NCBI GenBank assembly: GCA_965207065.1
Contig: OZ242260.1
Location: forward strand, 2,912,001-2,976,000
Direction: 5' to 3'
DNA: 64,000 bases
From: a bacterium
GTDB taxonomy: Bacteria; UBA8248
Shown: positions 27,758-36,167 of the stretch, in pieces
How the letters are laid out: each line of letters opens with the position of its first letter
Numbering within the stretch: the stretch's first letter is position 1
Notes under the pieces: model-generated
What the model was told of the DNA's origin: nothing
The model's input: the letters and a program-made list of their open reading frames with translations, nothing else
Database searches by the model: none
Position numbers and translations under genes: made by a program

Positions 27758-28942
27758 CTACAAATTGAGCGCCAGGCGGCTTACGGTGATTTCGGTTTCC
27801 TCCAGAATTTCCGCCCGCGTCGTTTTTCCGCTGAGAACGGCCGTCAACTCCTCGTGCAGGAGGTCCACGGCTTGATCCCTGGAAATCTCGCCGCGCATGA
27901 CGCCGCTGATGTCGAGATCGGTGTTCTCCGCCATGCGCGCCGCCGTCCGGGGGTTCGCCGTCACCTTGATGGTGGGGGAGACGGGGTGCCCGATGGGGTT
28001 TCCGTTCCCCGTGTTGAAGACGATGGCCTGCGACCCGCACGCGGCCAGCGCGGTGACGTTCTCGACCCCGGCGCTCGGCGCGTCCAGGAAAACGCAGCCG
28101 CGCTCTTTCGTAATTTCGCCGGGAACGATGACGTCGGCGATATCGCGCGTACCCGCTTTTTTCACCGCGCCCAGGCTTTTCTCTTCAATCGAGGAGAGAC
28201 CGCCCTGGATGTTGTCCTCGGTCGGGTTGCAGCCGATGATGTCCATCCCCATCTCGTGGGCGTAGTCCATCGTGCGCTTCACAGCTCCCAGCAGCTTCCG
28301 CCGCACCTTTGGACTCGCCGCCCGTTTTGCGAGAAGGTGCTCGGCGCCGACGATCTCCATGGTCTCTGAAAACAGCACGACGCCGCCCGCGTCCACGATC
28401 CTGTCCGCCAGAACGCCGGTGACCGGGTTCGCCACCAGCCCGCTCGTGGTGTCCGAGCCGCCGCATTCCGTGCCCAGGGTGATCTCGGACAGATCGCACC
28501 TTTGCCGCCTTGCCGCGCTCAGGTGGCGGTAGAGCTTCTGGGCGATCTCCACCCCACGGCTCGCCGTCTGCAGCGTGCCGCCCGTCTCGTGGATGGTTAA
28601 GGTCTCGATAGGCATCCAGGGCGATGCCGCAGCCGCCACGTCGGCCAGGTCCTGCGCGCTCTTGGGCTCCAGGCTCACGACGATGGCCGCGCCCACGTTC
28701 GGGTGGCCCGCCGTGCGGCCCATCACGCGGTAGTGCTGCCTCTCGTCCTCGCCGAAGAGGTTTCGTCCGAAAGTCGTGTTCACGATGACGGCCTCGCGCA
28801 CGAGTTTCCCGATCCGCCGCGCGAGGGGGTTGGCGTTGTCCATCGCGCTCACGACGACGAGGTGGTTCCGCGCGCCGGGCGGTCCGCTCGGCCGTTTGTA
28901 GCCCATGAAGGTGTTGCCCGGTTTTCTTCTCGGCAATCTCAT
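27758..28942 (-). CDS. UxaA family dehydratase/sulfo-lyase large subunit (SuyB/GarD C-terminal-like, no SAF domain)
   Basis: Motifs GYKRPSG..GARN, ECGGSDTTSG..ANP and GGLSSIEEKSLGA. Confidence 0.88.
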   Translation of the reverse strand: MRLPRRKPGNTFMGYKRPSGPPGARNHLVVVSAMDNANPLARRIGKLVREAVIVNTTFGRNLFGEDERQHYRVMGRTAGHPNVGAAIVVSLEPKSAQDLADVAAAASPWMPIETLTIHETGGTLQTASRGVEIAQKLYRHLSAARRQRCDLSEITLGTECGGSDTTSGLVANPVTGVLADRIVDAGGVVLFSETMEIVGAEHLLAKRAASPKVRRKLLGAVKRTMDYAHEMGMDIIGCNPTEDNIQGGLSSIEEKSLGAVKKAGTRDIADVIVPGEITKERGCVFLDAPSAGVENVTALAACGSQAIVFNTGNGNPIGHPVSPTIKVTANPRTAARMAENTDLDISGVMRGEISRDQAVDLLHEELTAVLSGKTTRAEILEETEITVSRLALNL

Positions 28943-29700
28943 TCTCCCGTATTGGTGTAAAAGCCTTGGAGCCGTGCTCTTTTATTGTCGAATTTGGCCA
29001 ACCAATCTTCGATTTTAGTGTCCTGAAACGTCTTGATCTTGTGTTCTCTGTTTTTGCAGAAATATTCCCTGCCCTTGCAAGACCTGTACGCTGCGGTTGC
29101 TACATTTTTAGCCGATGGGTAACAACCGTTGTTTAGTGTCGGACGCGTTACAGTAGCTAGTAGTGCATCGAAATCGAGGTCTGAGTGGCCTCCTATCTTC
29201 GGCCAAGGGATTTTCAGAAAACCACGCCGATTGACCACGACTTCTTCACCATAAGTTCTGATTATTTTTTTTCCATAGTCAGGTTCATCGGACACACGCT
29301 TGGTCCAACTGCTGCGCAGATCATCGGGTACTGGACGCTCTGGATTCTCAAGGAGTGCGACGCAACCCCACCCATCCTTAGCCGAAAAGCGGTTGTTCGC
29401 ATTCTCACCTTTGTGTGTCTCGGCAGTCCATAGGCACACCGCTTCCTTGATGAGGTCTTCGCCGGTAGCCACGTCTTGCGCACATGAGACGACAATGGCT
29501 TGGCCGAGTTGTTCGCGGCAGAGCCAGGAGGAAAAGACCATCGTGTAGGAATCTCCGCGAGTGCTGGAACGGCGCCCATAGCGAATCGGCACTTTTACAT
29601 ACTGCTTCTCGTCCAAGTTAAGGTGGTCGCGCCGCCATTCGTACCTATGACGCTTTTTCTCCCAAAACAACGATCCGATCAGTAATACACCAATCTTCAA
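28939..29700 (-). CDS. Hypothetical protein with atypical composition
   Basis: 253-aa ORF with a GAGGTG RBS and an ATGA overlap onto the next gene. Visibly more AT-rich than its neighbours. The N-terminal IGSLFW resembles GGCT/ChaC-like folds. Confidence 0.7.
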   Translation of the reverse strand: MKIGVLLIGSLFWEKKRHRYEWRRDHLNLDEKQYVKVPIRYGRRSSTRGDSYTMVFSSWLCREQLGQAIVVSCAQDVATGEDLIKEAVCLWTAETHKGENANNRFSAKDGWGCVALLENPERPVPDDLRSSWTKRVSDEPDYGKKIIRTYGEEVVVNRRGFLKIPWPKIGGHSDLDFDALLATVTRPTLNNGCYPSAKNVATAAYRSCKGREYFCKNREHKIKTFQDTKIEDWLAKFDNKRARLQGFYTNTGE

Positions 29701-29724
29701 TTCTCACCTCTCTATCGAAACCCC

Positions 29725-30564
29725 TCAATCCTCGAATGGCGCTGTGCGGTGGTGGACGTTTACCTCGCGCGTCTTGATATATTCGATGACGCCGACGAGA
29801 CGTTCCACCACGGCCTCGTGGAAGGCGCGCCCTTTCTCCGGGGTGGCCTGCGTCGGGTCGCCGGATTGCCCCTGGTCTCCGATCTCGGCCCGGTATTCGC
29901 TCACCGTCTTGGGGTAGAAAAAGCGCGGTGCGTCCACCGCCGGATCCGAAATATGGTGCCCCGTCATCCACTCGGGATTCGGGTTCGAGTTCTGCGGCGT
30001 GGCTTTTTCCATTTCCACGAGGTGGGGATACATGTGGAGAGCGTGCGATGCTTCCAGTTCGCATGCGTGGCCCTGTCCGCCGGGGGGCGTGGTCCTGATG
30101 TCCGCAATCCTGTCGAAGGCGATGATGCCGACGTCAACGATGGCGAGCGCAGCGCCTGTCTTCTGCCGCATCTGGTTGACGGCGATCTCGAGCGGCGCGA
30201 GGTTGGCCCGCCTGTGCCCGTTCACCAGGATCACCCGGTTGAAGCCGTGGTAGAGGAGGCTGCTCATGATGTCGGTGACGACGGCGGTCAGGGTCTCGGG
30301 TCTCAGCGTTACCGTGCCCGTAAGCGCCATGTGGTTGTTGGTCCAGCCGTACCAGAGGGTGGGGTAGACCAGAACGCCCGCCCGCTGCCCCGCGTCCTGT
30401 GCGACGTAGTGGGCGGCGAGCGCGTCGTGGCCCATGGGCATGTGCGGGCCGTGCTGCTCCACGCTTCCCACGGGCAGAATCGCCATATCGTTTCCCGAAT
30501 CCAGGTAATCGCGCACCTCGCGCCAGCTTTTCTCATGCGCCCAGGGGGTTTCGGCGGCCTCCAT
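29725..30564 (-). CDS. Creatininase family amidohydrolase
   Basis: Motifs PVGSVEQHGPH..D, VNGH..N and GHACELE. Confidence 0.92.
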   Translation of the reverse strand: MEAAETPWAHEKSWREVRDYLDSGNDMAILPVGSVEQHGPHMPMGHDALAAHYVAQDAGQRAGVLVYPTLWYGWTNNHMALTGTVTLRPETLTAVVTDIMSSLLYHGFNRVILVNGHRRANLAPLEIAVNQMRQKTGAALAIVDVGIIAFDRIADIRTTPPGGQGHACELEASHALHMYPHLVEMEKATPQNSNPNPEWMTGHHISDPAVDAPRFFYPKTVSEYRAEIGDQGQSGDPTQATPEKGRAFHEAVVERLVGVIEYIKTREVNVHHRTAPFED

Positions 30565-30591
30565 AGCTATTCTCCTCTCGTGTGGGTTCGA

Positions 30592-30924
30592 CTAGAACAA
30601 AATGCTTCGCAAGCCCGGAAACAGCATGAATGCGCACACGCCCGCGCCGAGGCCCGCGAGCAGGTTTTTTCCCGCAGCATAGAAGACGCCCACGCAGACC
30701 GCCAGCCCCGCGAGGCGGTCGATGAGGTGTGATTCCGCGAGCGCGCCGCCGGGCAGCAGGATGATCTTCATCATCAGGCCGGTGGCGATGGCGTAGGCAA
30801 CGCAGGTCACCCACTCGAAGATGGGGCTGTCGTCCTCAATCCGGCCCGCGATGAGCACCCCCATCCACCGCCAGGAATACGTACAGACGATGGCGATTCC
30901 CAATAAAATCGCGGCGTCAGGCAT
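30592..30924 (-). CDS. AzlD family membrane protein
   Basis: TYSWR motif, small hydrophobic protein, adjacent to azlC. Confidence 0.8.
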   Translation of the reverse strand: MPDAAILLGIAIVCTYSWRWMGVLIAGRIEDDSPIFEWVTCVAYAIATGLMMKIILLPGGALAESHLIDRLAGLAVCVGVFYAAGKNLLAGLGAGVCAFMLFPGLRSILF

Positions 30925-31642
30925 CCTTCTTCCTCATTCTCCCGAACCCGAAGGCGAGCGTTCCGGCCAGGACGCCGCCCGTGAGGAGCCCCCAGTCGGT
31001 GGAGACCGTATACCCCAGCGGCACGAGCGCGCAGCCGAGCACCACCGAGGTCAGAACCGAGCGCTGGCTGCTCCGGGCGGCCAGCAGCAGCATGAAGAGC
31101 GGGGTGATGAGCATGAGCGTCCGCGCGATGAGGCCGGGCATCCTGGAGGCCATCGTGTAGCCGAACGCGGTGCCCAGAAGCCCCATGGACATGCAGGCGG
31201 TCGTGAAGCCGAAGAAATAAGCCGTGCGCAGATGCTTCTCCTGGACGTGGCGGCACATCTCGACGACCTGGACGAAAGAGGTGACCGAGTTGACGTGGGC
31301 CATCCAGAAATGCGCGGTCTCCACGCCCGGCCGTTTCCGCAGCAAGGGCATGGTGGCGATGGTGAGCGGGAACATCCGCACGTTGGCGATGGTGACCGAG
31401 GCGATGAGCGCGACACCCCCGACGCCTGTGGCGAAAAGCTCCACGAAGGCCACCTGGCCCGGCGTGCTCCACATGCCGCCCGTCATGCCCAGCGCGATCA
31501 GGAGCGAGACGCCGCTGTCCCTGGCGAGCGCGCCGAAGCCCGACATGGCGGCGAAAAGCCCGATGCCGGGCGCCTGGGTGCAATGTTTCGCCCCCTGGCG
31601 GAAATACGCCCCCCAGGTTTTTTCGATGCGTCGAAAATCCAT
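30917..31642 (-). CDS. AzlC family exporter permease
   Basis: Motifs GFGALA, PGQV and NVR, with a hydrophobic profile. Confidence 0.8.
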   Translation of the reverse strand: MDFRRIEKTWGAYFRQGAKHCTQAPGIGLFAAMSGFGALARDSGVSLLIALGMTGGMWSTPGQVAFVELFATGVGGVALIASVTIANVRMFPLTIATMPLLRKRPGVETAHFWMAHVNSVTSFVQVVEMCRHVQEKHLRTAYFFGFTTACMSMGLLGTAFGYTMASRMPGLIARTLMLITPLFMLLLAARSSQRSVLTSVVLGCALVPLGYTVSTDWGLLTGGVLAGTLAFGFGRMRKKDA

Positions 31643-32775
31643 CAGGCGCTCATGATCTTTTCGAGCTTGTCGGCGGCCTTCAAGCCGTGGCCCGTCACGG
31701 GAACGACCACGATGTCAGACTGCTTGACCCTCCCTTGCTCCTTCAAAAGAGCGAGTGCCGCGAACGCGACGGCGCTCGTCGGCTCCATCAGGATGCCGTT
31801 CGCGCCGAACTCCCGGAGGAGGGGAGGGATGGTTTCGTCCCGGGCGGCGACGAAGCATCCTCCGCTCTCGCGGACGGCGTCTCGCATCTGCTTCCAGCGG
31901 ACGGGCGCGGCGATGGAGATGCCTTCCGCGAGCGTGTCATCAGGAGTGATATCCGGCACGGCTTCCAGGTTTTCCTCCCACATCCGCACCATCGGCGCGC
32001 AATTCGCCGCCTGGGCCGCGAAGATTTTAGGGAGCTCGTCGATATAACCGGCGCGTAAGAGCTCGGAAAAACCCAGATACGCGCCGAGCAGGGCCGAGCC
32101 GTGCCCGGCGGGGGCGACCACGGCGTCCGGCGCGCGCATACCCAGTTGCTCCCATACCTCGAACGCCCAGGTCTTGGTGCCGTGGTTGAACCAGGGGTTC
32201 CAGAAATGGGAGGCGTAGAAGCGCTCCTTGGCCGCCTCCATCGCGACGGCGGTGGATGCGGCCCGGGGGCCTGGGATTTTCTTGAGGTTCGCGCCATAGG
32301 CGGTGATTTGCGCGCACTTGGCCGCGGAGGTGGAGGCGGGCGCGTAGATGTCGCATTCGATTCCGGCGCGCGCCGCGTAGGCTGCGACGGCGGCGGCGGC
32401 GTTGCCCGAAGAATCCATGAGCACCTGCGCGAGGCCCCACTCCTTCATCTTGCTCATGAGCACGGTGGCGCCGCGATCCTTGAACGAGCCGGTGGGGAAG
32501 AGAAAATCGAGCTTACAATGTATCTCCATGCCCGAGAAAGCGAGGGGAACGAGCGGCGTCATACCCTCGTTCATGCTGACGACGTTCTCATCCTTCTCGA
32601 CAGGAATCGCCTCTCTATAGCGCCACAAGGTGGCGGGGCGTTTTCCCAAGGACTCGCGCGTAAAGATAGCGTTCGGCGCCACCTCCAGCGGTCCGCCGCA
32701 ATCGCACCGCCAGCGGGGTTCACTCGGGGGGTACTTCTCCCCGCAGTCGATACAGGCGAATTCCACGTCACTCAT
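31642..32775 (-). CDS. thrC: Threonine synthase-like PLP enzyme (fold type II)
   Basis: N-terminal CxxC...CxCG, EGMTPL, PTGSFKDRG, DSSGNA and EPTSA. Confidence 0.8.
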   Translation of the reverse strand: MSDVEFACIDCGEKYPPSEPRWRCDCGGPLEVAPNAIFTRESLGKRPATLWRYREAIPVEKDENVVSMNEGMTPLVPLAFSGMEIHCKLDFLFPTGSFKDRGATVLMSKMKEWGLAQVLMDSSGNAAAAVAAYAARAGIECDIYAPASTSAAKCAQITAYGANLKKIPGPRAASTAVAMEAAKERFYASHFWNPWFNHGTKTWAFEVWEQLGMRAPDAVVAPAGHGSALLGAYLGFSELLRAGYIDELPKIFAAQAANCAPMVRMWEENLEAVPDITPDDTLAEGISIAAPVRWKQMRDAVRESGGCFVAARDETIPPLLREFGANGILMEPTSAVAFAALALLKEQGRVKQSDIVVVPVTGHGLKAADKLEKIMSA

Positions 32776-32866
32776 TTTCCGCCGCCGGTTCATCCGTTAT
32801 AGTGAGGGTAAATGACGTTCAAGGCTAAATGATTCCGCGCGTCGGCGTCCAGTCGCGCGGGGGAGA
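32762..32866. repeat. About 105-bp imperfect direct repeat, copy 1 (thrC 5' end and upstream region)
   Basis: cactcattttcc...gttcatccgttatagtgaggg...ttccgcgcg...cgtccagtcgcgcgggggaga, repeated at 33589..33691. Confidence 0.85.
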
Positions 32867-33012
32867 ATTGGGGGGAATGATTTCCTCAACGATCGGGAAC
32901 TGGAGGTTCTTGTGTAGGGGACGCATATATGCGTCCCATTACAAGTTGCTAATTGATGATGCAAACGGTTGTGCCGCCGAACGAGTTGATGGGAAAGGAT
33001 GATCCTTGAGAA

Positions 33013-33546
33013 ATGAAATCCAGAAAGGAAAACAGACTTCAAGAACGTGATTATTCCCGACAAGGATACTATTTCGTGACAATCTGCACGCGGAATCACA
33101 CCCGTTGCTTCGGCGAGGTCTTGGACGAGAAAATGCGGTTGAATGCAACCGGAATGATTGCGCAAGAATGTTGGCTGGCAATCCCCGGTCATTTTCCGAA
33201 TACGGACATTGATGAATTCATCGTGATGCCGAACCATATACATGGGGTATTGATCATCGGTGGCGATAACAACTCCGAGCGGGACGCATATATGCGTCCC
33301 CTACAATCGAAGCGACAAAACATCGACCGCTCGAAAATGGTTTTGCCGAAAATCATTCAGGGGTTCAAATCATCCGTAACCCGAAACGTGCGAAAACACA
33401 GGGGCAAGAACGCTTTCGGGTGGCAACGCTCGTTTTACGACCACATTATCCGCAACGAAGAAAACCTGAACCGCATCCGGGAATACATCCGCAACAATCC
33501 CCTAAAATGGGCGTTCGACAGGTACAACACCGTACCCCGCCTTTGA
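33013..33546 (+). mobile_element. REP-associated tyrosine transposase (RAYT, IS200/IS605 Y1 superfamily)
   Basis: Motifs DYS..GYYFVTICT, MPNHIHG (HUH), WQRSFYDHIIR and YIRNNP. REP gtaggggacgcatatatgcgtccc at 32914-32937 has its exact inverse inside the gene at 33281-33304. Confidence 0.92.
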
Positions 33547-33588
33547 GGACGCCCCCGCACTCAACAAAGGATCGTCATTCTTGTGTAA

Positions 33589-33691
33589 TCCACTTCACTC
33601 ATTTTCCAGCGCTAGTTCATCCGTTATAGTGAGGGGAAACGACGCTTGAGGCGAAATGTTCCGCGCGCCCCGTCCAGTCGCGCGGGGGAGA
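33589..33691. repeat. About 105-bp imperfect direct repeat, copy 2
   Basis: Matches 32762..32866 in long blocks. Confidence 0.85.
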
Positions 33692-33718
33692 TTCGCCTTA
33701 TAATTTCAGGAGAACTTC

Positions 33719-35020
33719 ATGGTAACGGACCCCAGGTTTTTCCCCAGAGACGGTCGTACGGGCGATGCGGCGGCTGCGTTTTCTCTTGATGAGCGCGACA
33801 GGCGGTGGAACGCGGTGCGCGCCGCCATGGATGCGCGCGGGCTCGACTGCCTCATCGTCATCGGGCGCGGCTCGAACGGCAACGGCGACACCCGCTGGCT
33901 CGACGGGGGCGATTACGGGGAGCGGAGCATGGTGTTTCCGAGAAAGGGCGCGCCCGTCACCTTCTGGCTCCTGCAGAACTGGGGCAAGTGGTACACCGAA
34001 TCCTGCTTCGAGGGGGTGCGCTACCGTGGGCACGAGGGGAAGGTGAGCATCGTGGCGGCCGACGCCATCAAGGAGCTGGGATATGAGAGCGGGCGAATCG
34101 GGATCGTCGGCCTGATCGGCGGGGGATACGGTTCCGAGGGCGCGATTCCCTACATGACGTACCAGAATCTGAAAAGGCTTCTGCCGGACGCGGCGTTCGC
34201 CGACGCTTCGGACATCCTCACGCGCCTCCGCATGATAAAGAGCAGTGAGGAGATCGCGATGTTAGAGAAGGCCGCCGAGATGGTGAACATCGAGATAGAC
34301 GCCGTGCTCGGCTGCTGCCGCCCGGGCGTGCGGGAGAGTGAGGTGTATGCGGCGCTGTTCGGTGCGAGCCTGCGCGCGGGTGCGGAGCCGGGACGCGACA
34401 GCTGGCTCATCATGTGTTCGGGGAAGGGCTATCCGGTGAACAGGAGGCCCACGGACAGGATTCTGCGGACGGGCGACATGATGTGCATCGGCTATTACGC
34501 GCGCTACGGGGGCTACTGGAGCCATCCGCACACCTCGATGTCGCTGGGGCCGATGGATGAGGAATATGGGCCGATTCGAGAAGCCGTGCGCGAGAGCTTA
34601 CACGCCGCGCTCGACGCCCTGAAGCCCGGCACGCCGTGGAGCGAGGTGGACAGGGCATCGAACGAGGCGGTGTTAAGGGCCGGGTACTACCACGAGATTC
34701 CCCAGGTGCACGGGGTGGGGATCGACGGCATCGAGCCGCCCATGACGACGATATGCGCGGGCGAAATTCCGAGAAAATTCGCGTGGCGCGAGCCGTTCGT
34801 CGAGGGGAGTTTGTCTGAGAACCCCGAATGGCGCGAACTGGCTGGGGAGCGGTACGGCTTTCTGGCGGATTTCGAGGTCGAGGCGGGCATGTGCCTGGCC
34901 GTCGAAATCAAGGCCGCGCACGAGGACAGGATATTCATGGTGTTCGGGCCGCAGGTGATCGTGGAGGAGAGCGGCCCGCGGGTTCTCACGCCCGAAGCGA
35001 TGGACGTGATCGAGTTGTAG
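33719..35020 (+). CDS. M24 (pita-bread) fold protein with creatinase-like N-terminal domain
   Basis: Motifs ERDRRW..VRAAM, LRMIKSSEEI, RPGVRESE, HGVG and GMCLAVE. Confidence 0.85.
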   Translation: MVTDPRFFPRDGRTGDAAAAFSLDERDRRWNAVRAAMDARGLDCLIVIGRGSNGNGDTRWLDGGDYGERSMVFPRKGAPVTFWLLQNWGKWYTESCFEGVRYRGHEGKVSIVAADAIKELGYESGRIGIVGLIGGGYGSEGAIPYMTYQNLKRLLPDAAFADASDILTRLRMIKSSEEIAMLEKAAEMVNIEIDAVLGCCRPGVRESEVYAALFGASLRAGAEPGRDSWLIMCSGKGYPVNRRPTDRILRTGDMMCIGYYARYGGYWSHPHTSMSLGPMDEEYGPIREAVRESLHAALDALKPGTPWSEVDRASNEAVLRAGYYHEIPQVHGVGIDGIEPPMTTICAGEIPRKFAWREPFVEGSLSENPEWRELAGERYGFLADFEVEAGMCLAVEIKAAHEDRIFMVFGPQVIVEESGPRVLTPEAMDVIEL

Positions 35021-35038
35021 ATCGAACGCGACCGATGC

Positions 35039-35332
35039 GGGAGTGTTGAAAAAGCCCAATGCGTGAGGCTTTGCATTTATTGTAGGGTGACCCGTCAATA
35101 CGGTAAGTGACGCTCCCTTCTCGGGGGCAATGACGAATTTGGTTTTCGTTCGTCATCCCGGCGTATGCCGGAATCCATATGTTTTGCCTTTGTTCTTTTT
35201 TCTGATTGGTTCCCACCGATGACGGGGAAATAAAAAGCCGGCGTATTGTCATTTTGATCGGTTCTGGATTCCGGCATGCGCCGGAATGACGGCGGTGGAT
35301 AATTTCGAAAGAGAAGGGGATTTTCAACAACC
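35039..35332. mobile_element. MITE-like element with imperfect terminal inverted repeats and an internal GTCAT-type palindrome pair
   Basis: Left end gagtgttgaaaaagccc, right end ggggattttcaacaacc. Internal gtcatcccggcgtatgccggaatcca ... tggattccggcatgcgccggaatgac. Confidence 0.55.
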
Positions 35333-35623
35333 TTCTTCGGTCGGGATTGACCCGCAATTCCCCGCAATTGCGGTCGAGGGACGGGGGGAGAATCCCTGTA
35401 TGATGGCGGTGCGGCCCGGCGCGTTCAAGATTATGGAATTTCCGTTAATATCGATAAAATCAGATAAATTCACGGGGTTTTTCGATAAATAAATGAGAGG
35501 AATTTCGGCGGAATCGACTTCACGCGCGAGACGCACCATAGCGGATCCCGCATGTCTCACAAGCATCGCAAATGCGGGCAAATGTGTCCCGGTAAACGGA
35601 AGTAAATAATCAGGGTATCGTTA

Positions 35624-36157
35624 TTAATTTGTTGAATTCATGTCCATTAAACGTTTCTCAAGGGCGGGAAGAAAGCCGCCGAGTTCGACGATCTCACGCA
35701 GGGCATCCGGCAGCGGCTCGGAAGCGCAGGTTACGCCCCGGGTCAGGTTCTCGACCTCTCCGGTACTGAAGTCGACGCGGAGTTCATCCCCGTCCTCAGT
35801 ATGCGCTCCTATGTCATTGAAAAAAGGGAGCGTAGGCAATCCCGCCGCCACGATCATCCGGTAGGTGAAATGGGGGACGCTCTCCGCGATGAGGCCGACA
35901 CCTAAGCCCGCCATGCCCAGAAGGCCGTATATGTGCGGGTTCCCCTGGCCGAACCGCTTGCCCGCCACCACGATGTCGCCCGGCTTCGCGCGGTCGGGAA
36001 AATCCGGGATAAGGTTCGTAAATACATGTTTTTTCAGGTATTCCGGGTCCGAGACGCGCACGCCCTGGACGAACACTTTGGCGAATTCGAGGATGTCGTC
36101 GTCGAGGGAGAGGTTGTCGCCGAATTTCCAGCAGCGCCCCTGCATCGTCCAGTTCAA
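35624..36157 (-). CDS. Aconitase-family (LeuD-like) small/swivel subunit
   Basis: Motifs GRCWKFGDN, PGDIVVAGKRFGQG and GGFLP. Confidence 0.85.
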   Translation of the reverse strand: MNWTMQGRCWKFGDNLSLDDDILEFAKVFVQGVRVSDPEYLKKHVFTNLIPDFPDRAKPGDIVVAGKRFGQGNPHIYGLLGMAGLGVGLIAESVPHFTYRMIVAAGLPTLPFFNDIGAHTEDGDELRVDFSTGEVENLTRGVTCASEPLPDALREIVELGGFLPALEKRLMDMNSTN

Positions 36158-36167
36158 GATGCGCTCC

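Noticed and set aside
29725-30564. Mycofactocin peptidase MftE / RiPP cluster
   Set aside because: Only a generic creatininase fold is seen. There is no precursor peptide, radical SAM enzyme or MftB in the window.
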